From Gemmatimonadota bacterium (GTDB lineage: Bacteria > Gemmatimonadota > Gemmatimonadetes > Longimicrobiales > Gaopeijiaceae): 64,000 nt of DNA. Shown one piece after another: positions 9,157 through 19,193 of this stretch. The notes below the pieces were generated by a model. The model was not told the origin of the DNA. It did not search any database and saw only the letters and a program-made list of their open reading frames with translations. Position 1 is the first letter of the stretch, and each line of letters begins with the position of its first letter. The stretch spans positions 3,039,006 to 3,103,005 of the forward strand of contig JAXHMG010000003.1 in NCBI GenBank assembly GCA_034521595.1. Reading direction: 5' to 3'. The translations under genes and the position numbers were made by a program.

Positions 9157-12100
9157 ATGACTGATGGCATAAAGAGGCGCGACTTTCTCAAGGTGCTCGG
9201 GGTTTCGGGCGCCAGCGCGACACTGACCGGGTGCTCCACCGGAGACGTCGAGCGCCTGATTCCATACGTCGTGGCACCCGAGGAGATCACTCCCGGGGTG
9301 GCCACCTGGTATACGACGGCGTGCGGCGGTTGCTCCGCCGGGTGCGGGATGTGGGTCCGCACCCGCGAGGGCCGGGCCGTGAAGGTGGAAGGCAACCCCG
9401 ACCATCCGGTCTCGCAGGGCGGGCTCTGCACGCGCGGGCACGCCACGCTCCAGCACCTCTACAACCCGGACCGCTTCCCGGGCCCGATGATCCGGGAGGG
9501 CGACCGGCTTCGCCAGGGAACGTGGGACGAGGCCGAGCGCCTGCTGGCGGCCCGGATCCGCAGCCTGCCGGAAGAGCAGGGCGTGCTGTTCATCGGAGGC
9601 GATGTCGGTCCGACGCTGAGCACGCTGATCGACGACTTCATGGGCGCGGTCGGGGGAGAGCGGATCGGCTACGATGCCGTCTCCGACGCGCCGCTGCGGG
9701 AGGCCGTTCGCATCGCGTACGGCAGCACCGGCCTGCCGGAGTACGATATCGAGAGCGCGCGCCTGCTCCTCTCCTTCGGCAACGACTTCATCGAGACGGG
9801 CAGCCAGCCGGTCGCGCACCAGAGGGGGCTCGCGCGCATGAGCGGGGTGGGCGAGGACGGCTCGAAGGGCCGGTTCGTCTTCCTAGGCTCGCGCCTGTCC
9901 CTGACCGGCCTGAACGCCGACGAATGGATTCCGATCCGGGCCGGGTCGGAGGCCGCGGTGGCGCTCGGGATGGCGTCGGCCCTCGCCCGGGGAGGCGCCG
10001 CGGGTCCGTACGAGAATCTGCTGCAGGCGTATACTCCCGCCGAGGCCGCCGAGGCCTCGGGCGTGGGCGAGGACACCATTCGTGAGCTCGCGGAGCGCTT
10101 CGCGGGCGAGGAGCCGAGCCTGGCCCTCGGGCCGGGTGCGGGGGTGCATCACCGCAACGCGACCGCCGCGAACCTCGCCGTGCTCATCCTCAACGAGGTC
10201 GCCGGCAACGTCGGCCGCACCGTCCGCTACGGACGGGAGCCCGCGGGCGCCACGAGCTCCTACATGGAGATGGAGCGCGCCATCGGGCGGATGGCCGCCG
10301 GGGAGATCGGCGTCGTCATGGTGCACGGGACGAACCCCGCGTACTCCCTTCCGGAAGGGGCGGGGTTCGCCGACGCCTTCGGGCAGGTCCCCTACAAGGT
10401 GTCGTTCGCGTCCGCGCCGGACGAGACGACCGAGGTGGCGGATCTGGTGTTGCCGGACCGTCACTTCCTCGAGGCGTGGGGCGACACCGCCGCTCGCTCG
10501 GGGGTGACGACCATCCAGCAGCCCGTCATGCAGAACGTGCCCCACTTCGACAGCAAGCAAGCGGGCGACGTGCTCCTCGCGGTGGGGGGGCACCTCGAGC
10601 AGGACTTCGGGGCCAGCACGTTCTACGAGTACCTACGGGCCGCGCATCGGGCGGCGCACGATCCCGCCGACGGCGACTTCGAGCGCGCGTGGCGGGCGGC
10701 GCTCCGCCGCGGCGTCGTGGAGCGCCCGGACGGAGCCGGCACGGTGCCACAGCTCCGGGCGCCGGACGCCGCGCTGACCTTCGACGTGCCCTCGTTCGAC
10801 GGTGATGGCGACCTGACGCTGATGGTGCACCCCTCGTCGCGCTTCGGCGGCGGCGAGTTCTCGAACAGCCCCTGGTTGCTCGAGCTCCCCGACCCGGTGT
10901 CGAAGATCACGTGGCACTCCTGGCTCGAGATCCATCCCACCACGGCCGAGGCGCGCGGCATCCGGGAAGGCGACATCGTCACCGTCACCTCGCCGCACGG
11001 AGAGGTGCAAGTTCCGGCCTGGCTCTACCCGGGCATCCGGGAAGACACGGTGGCGCTCGCCATGGGCGGAGGCCACACGAACATGGGCCGCTGGGCGACC
11101 GGCCAGGGCGTCAACGCGGTGCGCCTCCTTCCCGCTTCGGCGGAGCAGCCGTCCGGGACCCTCGTCACGGTCGCCACGACCGTCACGGTCACCCCGACCG
11201 GCGAGCGCCGCCTGCTCGCGAGCATCGAGGGCTCGGACGACCAGCACGACCGGCCCATCGCCCCGGCGGTCGCGTTGGCCGAGCTGGGACACGCCGCCGA
11301 CGAGCACGCCGAGGAAGATGCGCACCACGGCGAGCTTCAGGAGCTCCAGGGCGTCGGCGGCTTCGTGCCGGTGCCCGGTGAGGACGGCGCGCCGCAGGCC
11401 TTCCCGCTCGAAGGCTCCCGCCACGGCGAGTACGCCGACGCGCAGGAAGGCCCGCGTTGGGCCATGGCCATCGACCTCGACAAGTGCACCGGCTGCAGCG
11501 CCTGCGTCACGGCGTGCCAGTCCGAGAACAACGTCCCGTGGGTCGGCGAGGACCAGATCCAGATGGGCCGGGAGATGAGCTGGATCCGGCTCGAGCGCTT
11601 CTACGAGCACATCGACGCCACGCAGGCGAGCCATCTCGACGTGCGCTTCCTGCCCATGCTGTGCCAGCACTGCGGCAACGCGCCGTGCGAGCCGGTCTGC
11701 CCCGTATTCGCCACCTACCACACGCCCGAAGGGGTCAACGCGCAGGTCTACAACCGTTGCGTGGGCACGCGGTACTGCGCCAACAACTGCCCGTACAAGG
11801 TCCGCGTCTTCAACTGGTATCGGTTCACGGACGACGTGCCCGAGCCCATGAACTGGCAGTGGAATCCGGACGTGACCGTGCGCGACAACGGGGTCATGGA
11901 GAAGTGCAGCTTCTGCATGCAGCGGATCCGGGACGCGGAGAACCGCGCGGCGCTCGAAGAGGGACGGGAGGTCCGGGACGGCGAGATCGTGCCGGCCTGC
12001 GAGCAGAGCTGCCCGGCCGAGGCGATCGTTTTCGGCAACATCCGTGACCCCGATTCACGGGTGGCTCAGGTCGTCGCGAACGAGCGGACCTACAAGGTCC

Positions 12101-12183
12101 TCGACGAGTTCATCAACACCCAGCCTGCCGTGAACTACCTGAAGAAGGTCACGTTCCACGAAGTGACCGGGGGCCACGAGTAA
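9157..12183 (+). CDS. actB: Alternative complex III subunit B (molybdopterin-oxidoreductase-like domain fused to Fe-S domain)
   Basis: Tat signal RRDFLK with lipobox LTGC; KVEGNPDHP; C-terminal CTGCSACVTAC, CQHC..PCEPVCP, CVGTRYCANNCP, CSFC..ACEQSCP. Confidence 0.92.
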   Translation: MTDGIKRRDFLKVLGVSGASATLTGCSTGDVERLIPYVVAPEEITPGVATWYTTACGGCSAGCGMWVRTREGRAVKVEGNPDHPVSQGGLCTRGHATLQHLYNPDRFPGPMIREGDRLRQGTWDEAERLLAARIRSLPEEQGVLFIGGDVGPTLSTLIDDFMGAVGGERIGYDAVSDAPLREAVRIAYGSTGLPEYDIESARLLLSFGNDFIETGSQPVAHQRGLARMSGVGEDGSKGRFVFLGSRLSLTGLNADEWIPIRAGSEAAVALGMASALARGGAAGPYENLLQAYTPAEAAEASGVGEDTIRELAERFAGEEPSLALGPGAGVHHRNATAANLAVLILNEVAGNVGRTVRYGREPAGATSSYMEMERAIGRMAAGEIGVVMVHGTNPAYSLPEGAGFADAFGQVPYKVSFASAPDETTEVADLVLPDRHFLEAWGDTAARSGVTTIQQPVMQNVPHFDSKQAGDVLLAVGGHLEQDFGASTFYEYLRAAHRAAHDPADGDFERAWRAALRRGVVERPDGAGTVPQLRAPDAALTFDVPSFDGDGDLTLMVHPSSRFGGGEFSNSPWLLELPDPVSKITWHSWLEIHPTTAEARGIREGDIVTVTSPHGEVQVPAWLYPGIREDTVALAMGGGHTNMGRWATGQGVNAVRLLPASAEQPSGTLVTVATTVTVTPTGERRLLASIEGSDDQHDRPIAPAVALAELGHAADEHAEEDAHHGELQELQGVGGFVPVPGEDGAPQAFPLEGSRHGEYADAQEGPRWAMAIDLDKCTGCSACVTACQSENNVPWVGEDQIQMGREMSWIRLERFYEHIDATQASHLDVRFLPMLCQHCGNAPCEPVCPVFATYHTPEGVNAQVYNRCVGTRYCANNCPYKVRVFNWYRFTDDVPEPMNWQWNPDVTVRDNGVMEKCSFCMQRIRDAENRAALEEGREVRDGEIVPACEQSCPAEAIVFGNIRDPDSRVAQVVANERTYKVLDEFINTQPAVNYLKKVTFHEVTGGHE

Positions 12184-13550
12184 TGGCCGTCGGAACCACC
12201 GAGCGCGGCGCGCTCACGCATCCGGACGTCGAGCGGCTCGACGACGTCAACCGCGATGTCCTCAAGATGCTCTCCGCCCCCGGCAAGGGGTGGTGGGCGC
12301 TGTTCGCCCTGTGCATCGCCGGGGTCGGCCTCTTCTTCGTCTCCTGGATCTATCAAATGGTTCGGGGGATCGGGGTTTCGGGGCTCAACTCGCCGGTCGG
12401 CTGGGGTGTCTACATCACCACCTTCGTCTTTTGGGTGGGTATCGCCCACTCGGGGACGCTCATCTCGGCGATCCTGTTCCTCTTCAGGGCGCCGTGGCGA
12501 CAGTCGATCTACCGCGCGGCGGAGGCGATGACCGTCTTCGCGGTCATGACCGCGGGGCTCTTCCCGCTCATTCACGTGGGTCGGCTGTGGCACGCGTACT
12601 GGCTCGTGCCCTACCCGAACTCCCGCTTCCTCTGGCCGAACTTCAAGTCGCCCCTGGTCTGGGACGTCTTCGCGGTCACCACGTATTTCACCGTGTCCGC
12701 GGTCTTCTTCTACCTGGGCACCATCCCGGACGTGGCCGCGGCGCGCGACCGCGCGACCGGACTCCGCAAGAAGCTCTACTCCGTCATCTCGATGGGGTGG
12801 CAGGGCACGGACCGGCAGTGGCACCACTTCGGGAAGGCCTACATCTTCCTGGCCGCCCTCGCGACCCCGCTCGTGCTCTCCGTGCACTCGGTCGTCTCCT
12901 GGGACTTCGCCATGGGGATCGTGCCCGGCTGGCACGCCACGATCTTCGCGCCGTACTTCGTGGCGGGCGCCATCTTCTCCGGGGTCGCGATGGTGATCAC
13001 CCTCACCGTGCCGCTCCGCAAGATCTTCGGGCTCGAGGCGTACCTCACGACCAAGCACTTCGATGCGATGGCGAAGCTGTGCCTGCTCACGTCGCTCATC
13101 GTGCTGTACGCCTATCTGACCGAGTTCTTCATGGCCTGGTACAGCGGTGAGGAGATCGAGCGGACCGCCTTCTGGAACCGTCTGTTCGGACAGTACTGGT
13201 GGGCTAGCTGGACCATGCTGGTGTGTAACGGGCTCGTGCCGATCATGCTCTGGTTCAAGCGGGTGCGGCATTCGATTCCGGCGCTCTTCGTCATCTCGAT
13301 CTTCATCAACATCGGGATGTGGTTCGAGCGCTTCGTCATCGTCGTCGTTTCGCTTTCGCACGAGTTCGAGCCGTTCGCCTGGGGCGCGTACCGACCGTCG
13401 CTCACCGAGATGGGGATCATGGTCGGGAGCTTCTTCTGGTTCGGCTTCTGGTTCCTGCTCTTCACCCGGTTGCTTCCGCCCGTCGCCATTCAGGAGCTGA
13501 AGGAAGTCCTGCCGGCGCCCAACCGGAAGCAGGAAAAGGAGGCTCACTGA
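12183..13550 (+). CDS. actC: Alternative complex III subunit C (NrfD/PsrC family)
   Basis: WGVYITTFVFWVGIAHSGTLISAIL, RAAEAMT, SVHSVVSWDFA, WFERFVI. Confidence 0.94.
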   Translation: MAVGTTERGALTHPDVERLDDVNRDVLKMLSAPGKGWWALFALCIAGVGLFFVSWIYQMVRGIGVSGLNSPVGWGVYITTFVFWVGIAHSGTLISAILFLFRAPWRQSIYRAAEAMTVFAVMTAGLFPLIHVGRLWHAYWLVPYPNSRFLWPNFKSPLVWDVFAVTTYFTVSAVFFYLGTIPDVAAARDRATGLRKKLYSVISMGWQGTDRQWHHFGKAYIFLAALATPLVLSVHSVVSWDFAMGIVPGWHATIFAPYFVAGAIFSGVAMVITLTVPLRKIFGLEAYLTTKHFDAMAKLCLLTSLIVLYAYLTEFFMAWYSGEEIERTAFWNRLFGQYWWASWTMLVCNGLVPIMLWFKRVRHSIPALFVISIFINIGMWFERFVIVVVSLSHEFEPFAWGAYRPSLTEMGIMVGSFFWFGFWFLLFTRLLPPVAIQELKEVLPAPNRKQEKEAH

Positions 13551-14074
13551 TGAGTGAGGGGAAGCAGGGGTTGCTCGCGTCGTTCGAGTACCTCGACAGC
13601 ACGGTGGACACGATCGAGGGGCTCAAGAAGGCGGGCTTCGAGGACCTCAAGGCGTTCGCGCCGTACCCGGAGCACCACATCGAGGACGCGCTCGGCTACG
13701 GCCAGAGCCCGGTCCGGGTGTGGACGCTGGTGGGCGGCCTGACCGGCACCGCGACCGGCTTCGCGTTCACGACCTGGACGTCCATGGACTGGCCGCTGGT
13801 CGTCGGGGGCAAGCCGATCGTCTCCATTCCCGCCTATGTCGTGATCGCGTTCGAGATGACCGTGCTGTTCGGGGCGCTCGCTACGGTCATCGGGCTCTTC
13901 GTGCTCTCCCGGCTTCCCAACTTCAAGCCGGCCGTCGTCTACGATCCGGAGTTCACCGCCGGACGCTTCGGCGTCTACGTGGAGGCTCCGGCTGAACGCC
14001 TCGAGGAGGCGCGCAGGATCATGAACGAGCAGGAACCGGTGGAGCTGCGGGAAGGGGAGGCGGCCCATGCGTAA
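13550..14074 (+). CDS. actD: Alternative complex III subunit D (DUF3341)
   Basis: FAPYP, WPLVVGGKP, IAFEMTVLFGA; position after actC. Confidence 0.9.
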   Translation: MSEGKQGLLASFEYLDSTVDTIEGLKKAGFEDLKAFAPYPEHHIEDALGYGQSPVRVWTLVGGLTGTATGFAFTTWTSMDWPLVVGGKPIVSIPAYVVIAFEMTVLFGALATVIGLFVLSRLPNFKPAVVYDPEFTAGRFGVYVEAPAERLEEARRIMNEQEPVELREGEAAHA

Positions 14075-14672
14075 GGCGATGACGGCGGTCTGCGTTCTGG
14101 CCGTGCTCGTGAGCTCGGGCTGCAAGCCGCTCGACGACGCGATGGTCGCGGTGTTCGGGCGCAGCATGCGGGACCAGCGCAGCTTCGATCCCTACGAGAA
14201 CACTCGCCCGCCACCCGAGAACTCGGTCGCCTTCTCGTTCGGCACCGTGCCCGCGCGGGACGGCGAGGTGAACCTCGGGCAGCCCGAGGGGGTGGACGTA
14301 CCCCACTTCACGCAGAACGACCTCGGGACGCCCGGCGTGGGCAACGAGGTCATCCAGGGGCTCGAGAACCCCATCGACCCGAACGACGAGGAAGCCCTGG
14401 CGCGCGGGCAGGAGCTCTACGAGCGCTACTGCATCGTGTGTCACGGCCCCGACGGCATCGGCGCCAACGCGTACATCGCGGAGCAGCACCCCATCCTCCC
14501 GCAGTACAACATCTCGGGTGAGCCGGCCGTGAATTACAGCGATCAGTACATCTACGCGATGATCCGGGTCGGGCGAGCCCTCATGCCGGGGCTCGGGAGC
14601 CGCATCACCCACTTCGACCGCTGGAAGGTCGTGAACTACGTGAGAACGCTTCAGGCGCAGGCGGACGACTAA
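14067..14672 (+). CDS. actE: Alternative complex III subunit E, monoheme cytochrome c lipoprotein
   Basis: Lipobox SSGC, MRDQ..DPYE, CIVCH, GRALMP. Confidence 0.88.
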   Translation: MRKAMTAVCVLAVLVSSGCKPLDDAMVAVFGRSMRDQRSFDPYENTRPPPENSVAFSFGTVPARDGEVNLGQPEGVDVPHFTQNDLGTPGVGNEVIQGLENPIDPNDEEALARGQELYERYCIVCHGPDGIGANAYIAEQHPILPQYNISGEPAVNYSDQYIYAMIRVGRALMPGLGSRITHFDRWKVVNYVRTLQAQADD

Positions 14673-14675
14673 CCC

Positions 14676-15977
14676 ATGGCGCACATCCACGTACCCTCGG
14701 ACATCCCGGTCCGCTACCTCCCCCGGTCGAAGTCGGCATCGCGCCTCGCGGGCACGCTCTTCGTCGTCGGGCTGCTGGCGTTCGTCATCCGGCTCGGCCA
14801 GAATCCGGACGAGGCCTGGATCAGCTACGTCTCGAACTGGCTGTTCTTCACCAGCATCGCGATGGGCGGGGTCCTCTTCGCCGTCGCCACCTGGATCGTC
14901 AAGGCCAAGTGGAACTGGTCCATGCGCCGCGTGAGCCAGGCGTTCGCGGCGTTCCTTCCGGCGTCGTTCGTGCTCCTGTTGCCCATGCTCGGCCTCGGGG
15001 AGAGCTATTTCCCCTGGATCGAGGCGATGGTCGACGATCCGATCGTCCAGGAGAAGGCGGCCTACCTGAACATGCCGTTCCTCATCTCGCGGAACGTGAT
15101 CGGGCTCCTCCTCCTCTTCGGGCTCGGCATCTACTTCGTCTACCTCGCCGTTCGGCCCGACCTGGGGCTCGTCGAGGGCGCCGAGGAAGACGATCCCGTA
15201 CGCGCTTCGTGGAGGGAGCGGCTCACCCTGGGGTGGACCGGGCAGGAGCAGGAGGAGGTCACGAGCTATCGCCGGATGACGACGATGGCGCCCGCCATCG
15301 TGCTCATCTACGCGGTGGTCATGAGCATCGTGAGCTTCGACTGGGCCATGTCGCTCGAGCCGCACTGGTTCAGCACGATGTTCGGCGCCTGGTTCTTCAT
15401 GGGCGCGTTCTGGGGCGGCATCGCCGCGACCGCGCTCTGGAGCCTCTACCTGCGGACGCGGCACAAGGACTTCGCCAACCACATCGGGCTGCAGCAGCGG
15501 CACGACATCGGTAAGCTGACCTTCGCGTTCACGGTGTTCTGGACCTACCTGTTCTTCTCCCAGTACATCGTGATCTGGTACGGGAAGCTCCCGTGGGAGC
15601 AGGCCTGGATCATCAATCGCTCCGGCGAGGAATGGGGCGGTTTCTCCGTTCTCGTGATCGTGCTGTGCTTCCTGGTGCCGTTCGTCGGTCTGATCGGACG
15701 CAAGGCGAAGATGAAGCCGAAGCTGCTCGCCTTCTTCGCCTCGGTGATCATGGTCGGGCTGTGGCTCGAGCGGTACGGCCTCATCGCGCCGTCGCTCCAT
15801 CACGAAGGGGACCCGATCTTCTCGATCTGGCATCCCCTCATCGGGTTGATGTTCCTCGGCCTCTACATCGGCTCCGTGCGCTGGTTCCTGAGCACCTTCC
15901 CGGCCATGCAGATCTGGCAGCCGATGGTGGATCCGGAGTCGGTCGAAGCGGAGGTGCCGGCGCCGGCGGGACGCTGA
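14676..15977 (+). CDS. actF: Alternative complex III subunit F
   Basis: FDWAMSLEPHWFSTMFG, HDIGKL, FWTYLFFSQYIVIWYG. Confidence 0.9.
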   Translation: MAHIHVPSDIPVRYLPRSKSASRLAGTLFVVGLLAFVIRLGQNPDEAWISYVSNWLFFTSIAMGGVLFAVATWIVKAKWNWSMRRVSQAFAAFLPASFVLLLPMLGLGESYFPWIEAMVDDPIVQEKAAYLNMPFLISRNVIGLLLLFGLGIYFVYLAVRPDLGLVEGAEEDDPVRASWRERLTLGWTGQEQEEVTSYRRMTTMAPAIVLIYAVVMSIVSFDWAMSLEPHWFSTMFGAWFFMGAFWGGIAATALWSLYLRTRHKDFANHIGLQQRHDIGKLTFAFTVFWTYLFFSQYIVIWYGKLPWEQAWIINRSGEEWGGFSVLVIVLCFLVPFVGLIGRKAKMKPKLLAFFASVIMVGLWLERYGLIAPSLHHEGDPIFSIWHPLIGLMFLGLYIGSVRWFLSTFPAMQIWQPMVDPESVEAEVPAPAGR

Positions 15978-15988
15978 GCGCGGGGCCT

Positions 15989-16819
15989 TCAGCCCGTATA
16001 CAGGTCCGCGGCCGCGCGCGCCGACGTCACGATCCCGCGGATCATGGCCGACGAGAGGCCGTGGTGCTCCATCTCGTTGAGACCGGTGATGGTGCAGCCG
16101 CGCGGCGTCGTGACCCGGTCGATCTCACCCTCCGGATGCGCGCCGTCGCGGAGCGCCAGGGACGCCGCGCCCTTCGCGGTCTGGGCCGCCAGCAGCGCCG
16201 CGTCCTCCGGATGGAAGCCGATCTCGATGCCGCCCTGGGCGGCCGCGCGCACGGTTCGCAGGAAGAACGCGATGCCGCACGCGCACAGCGCCGTCGCCGG
16301 GACGATCATCTCTTCCGGGATGACCAGCGTTCGCCCGACCACGCCGAAGAGCTCTTCGGCCTCCTGAAGCAGCTCGTCCCGCCCTCCTTCCTCGACGGCG
16401 AGGCAGGTCATGGACTCGCCGATGAGGACGGCCGTGTTCGGCATCGCGCGCACGACCGGCACGGGCTTGCCGCATGCGTCCTGGATGGCCTGGATGGACG
16501 CTCCCGAGACGACCGAGACGACCCGATGTCGCTCGGGGTCGAGCTCCGGCCCGATCTCCTCGAGCAGTCCGGCGAGCTGCTGCGGCTGCACGGCGATCAC
16601 GATCAGCCTCGCCCCACGCACCGCGGCCTTGTTGTCGTCGGTGACCACGTAGCCCTGCGCTTCGAGGGGCGCGAGCTTCTCGGTCTGCCGCCGGGTGAGC
16701 GCGATGCGCTCGGGCGTGAACATGCCGGCGCCCGCCCATCCGCGCGCGAGCACCGCGCCGAGGTTGCCTCCGCCAAGGATCGCTACGTCATAGGGTCGCT
16801 TCATCTCGGTTTCGCTCAC
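15989..16819 (-). CDS. proC: Pyrroline-5-carboxylate reductase
   Basis: GGGNLG, VVRAMPNT, VTTPRGCTITGL. Confidence 0.93.
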   Translation of the reverse strand: MSETEMKRPYDVAILGGGNLGAVLARGWAGAGMFTPERIALTRRQTEKLAPLEAQGYVVTDDNKAAVRGARLIVIAVQPQQLAGLLEEIGPELDPERHRVVSVVSGASIQAIQDACGKPVPVVRAMPNTAVLIGESMTCLAVEEGGRDELLQEAEELFGVVGRTLVIPEEMIVPATALCACGIAFFLRTVRAAAQGGIEIGFHPEDAALLAAQTAKGAASLALRDGAHPEGEIDRVTTPRGCTITGLNEMEHHGLSSAMIRGIVTSARAAADLYTG

Positions 16820-16964
16820 CTTCGTACCTTCCGAATTGGGCGCGGTCCCGAGGACCGCGGCGTGCGATGGATTCCCGGTCGATGCCCGCCCGCATGCCCT
16901 CTCGCGCGGGTGGCGGGGGAAGGGCTAACGTAATGCCTCTGGGAACGTTTCCGGAGTAACTACG

Positions 16965-17465
16965 ATGGACACCATGGAGCCCAAGCGCCGCCCACTCTCG
17001 TGGTCCCTCGTTCTGCTGGCCCCGGTTCTGGCGGCGGCTGGGTGTTTCTACGACGGACCGACCGACGTCGAGGAAGTGGAGTTCGAGGTGATCGAGGAGG
17101 TGACCTTCGATTCCAGTCTCGGCATCGATCTCGCCCGGATGATTCGACTCCCGACGGGTATCTACATCGAGGACCTCTCGGTCGGCGAGGGCCCGGGGGT
17201 CGAATTCGGTGACTTGGTGGAGATCGTCTACACGGGATACCTGCGGGACGGCGTGGAGTACCTTCCGGAAGACACGATCGACTTCCAGATCGGGGGCGAG
17301 GTCGTGCCCGAAGGGGTTCACCTCGCCATGATCGGCCAGCAGGCCGGCGGGGAGCGCCTGATGGTCATCCCCCCGGAGCACGGCTACGGTGCCCGCGGCT
17401 ACCAGAACGTGCCGGCGGGCTCGATCCTGATCTTCGAAGTGGAGCTGGTGGGGATCAACCAGTAG
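16965..17465 (+). CDS. FKBP-type peptidyl-prolyl isomerase lipoprotein
   Basis: YTGYLRDG, GGERLMVIPPEHGYG, VPAGSILIFEVEL; lipobox AAGC. Confidence 0.9.
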   Translation: MDTMEPKRRPLSWSLVLLAPVLAAAGCFYDGPTDVEEVEFEVIEEVTFDSSLGIDLARMIRLPTGIYIEDLSVGEGPGVEFGDLVEIVYTGYLRDGVEYLPEDTIDFQIGGEVVPEGVHLAMIGQQAGGERLMVIPPEHGYGARGYQNVPAGSILIFEVELVGINQ

Positions 17466-17616
17466 GTCCCACGCTGCACGCTCGCCCTGTGGCGTTCGGC
17501 CGGTTCTCCACTAACTTTGTACAATGCTTGCGCGTCTTGTGCGCAACGCACGCCGCCATGGCCGGACCGCGAAGGATCGGTCCGGCCCCGTCCCTGGGTG
17601 GAGGATCCCCGATCCG

Positions 17617-18282
17617 ATGAACACGTTGTCGTTAGGTCGCCGTAGCCTCGTCGTCGCAGCTCTCGTGGGCGCGCTCGCCCTGCAAGGCTGTTCCTCGAAC
17701 CTCCGCACCGGGGCGTTGGGTGGCGCGGCCGCGGGCGCCGTGGTGGGCGGCATCGCGAGCGGAACGGCTCGCGGGGCCATCATCGGCGCCGCCGTGGGTG
17801 GCGCGGCCGGTACCGCCATCGGCGCCGTCATGGACCGCCAGGCCGAAGACCTCCAGGACAAGCTCCCGAACGCGCAGGTGGAGCGGGTCGGCGAGGGCAT
17901 CGCCGTGACCTTCGATTCGGGGATCCTCTTCGACATCGACTCGTCCGATCTGCGCACGGAAGCGCAGCAGAACCTGAGGGATCTCGTGGCGTCGCTCGAG
18001 GAGTACGACGGGACGGAAGTCCTCGTCGTCGGGCACACCGACTCCACGGGTGCGGCCTCGTATAACCAGGGGCTCTCGGAGCGGCGTGCCTCGTCCGCGC
18101 GGACGTTCCTCGTCGGAGCCGGCCTGGACGCCGGCCGGGTGCGTGCGGTCGGCATGGGCGAGAACGAGCCCATCGCGTCGAACGAGACCACCGCGGGCCG
18201 CCAGGAGAACCGGCGGGTCGAAGTCGCGATCTTCGCCAGCGAGGAGATGCAGCAGGAGATGCTCCGCCGCCACGGCGGTTGA
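17617..18282 (+). CDS. OmpA-family lipoprotein with glycine zipper (YiaD-like)
   Basis: LQGC lipobox, Gly-zipper, GHTDSTG, NQGLSERRA, NRRVEV. Confidence 0.92.
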   Translation: MNTLSLGRRSLVVAALVGALALQGCSSNLRTGALGGAAAGAVVGGIASGTARGAIIGAAVGGAAGTAIGAVMDRQAEDLQDKLPNAQVERVGEGIAVTFDSGILFDIDSSDLRTEAQQNLRDLVASLEEYDGTEVLVVGHTDSTGAASYNQGLSERRASSARTFLVGAGLDAGRVRAVGMGENEPIASNETTAGRQENRRVEVAIFASEEMQQEMLRRHGG

Positions 18283-18974
18283 TGCAGGGGGCCTCCAGCG
18301 ACGCGCGGATCGAGGCGGCGCTGGAGGCGCGCCTGCCGTCGGGGGCTTCGGCCGCGGTCTGGCCGCGCTCCCATGTAGAAGTGCCGGAGCTCGGGCCGCG
18401 AGAAGCCGGGGCGGTGCGCCGGGCGGTGCCTCGGCGCCGAGCCGAGTTCGCCCGCGGCCGCCACTGCGCCCGTGAAGCGCTTCACCGGGCCGGATGGAGC
18501 GGCGGGTTCGTGGAGATCCCCGTGGGCGATGCGCGCCAACCGTTGTGGCCGGACGGCTTCACGGGCTCCATCACGCACTGTGACGGGCTGGTCGCAGCCG
18601 TGGCGGCGCCCGTCCAGCCACACGTCGTCTCTCTCGGCTTGGATGCCGAGGTAGCGCGTCCGCTGCCCGAGGAGGTGCGCGCCCAGGTCCTGACCCCCGA
18701 GGAGCGGACGCTCGGCGGCGCGGTGACGCCGACGCTGGTGTTCAGCGCCAAGGAGGCCATTCACAAGGCGCTCTTTCCGGTGACCGGAATCTGGCTGGAT
18801 TTCCTGGACGTGACCCTGAGCTTGGATCAGGAGCAGTCCGCGTTTTCCGCGGCCCGAGCGCCCGACGCGTCCATGAGCACACCGCTGACGGAGCGGCTCC
18901 GTGGCCGGTACCGGATCGGAGACGGGCTCGTGTTGGCCCTGGCGTGGCTCCCGGATGCCGGGACCGGGACGTAG
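18282..18974 (+). CDS. 4'-phosphopantetheinyl transferase (EntD/Sfp superfamily)
   Basis: RRAEFARGR..AREAL, PLWPDGFTGSITH, LGLDAE, FSAKEAIHKA. Confidence 0.9.
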   Translation: MQGASSDARIEAALEARLPSGASAAVWPRSHVEVPELGPREAGAVRRAVPRRRAEFARGRHCAREALHRAGWSGGFVEIPVGDARQPLWPDGFTGSITHCDGLVAAVAAPVQPHVVSLGLDAEVARPLPEEVRAQVLTPEERTLGGAVTPTLVFSAKEAIHKALFPVTGIWLDFLDVTLSLDQEQSAFSAARAPDASMSTPLTERLRGRYRIGDGLVLALAWLPDAGTGT

Positions 18975-19107
18975 CCGGCATGTTGCGAATTGCCATGAAA
19001 CTCGCAATTCCGACCCCAAGGAGACCCCGGCGAAGGTCCTTGCCGCCGCCGGTCCATGCCCGTTAAGTGACCGTGTCACAGCGGCTTGAGCGAATGTCGC
19101 AGGGTCG

Positions 19108-19123
19108 GGGCTCGGCGCTTGCA
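19108..19123 (+). promoter_or_regulatory. Putative sigma-54 (-24/-12) promoter of minor pilin operon
   Basis: GG-CTCGGCGCTT-GC-A: GG-N10-GC with TTGCA, about 70 bp before the first pilin ATG. Confidence 0.5.
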
Positions 19124-19193
19124 CGTTTCGGCTGTCCAAAGCCCCCCACTTCGACGAAGGACCCGCCGACTCCAACGCGTGCTCTCTCCATTG

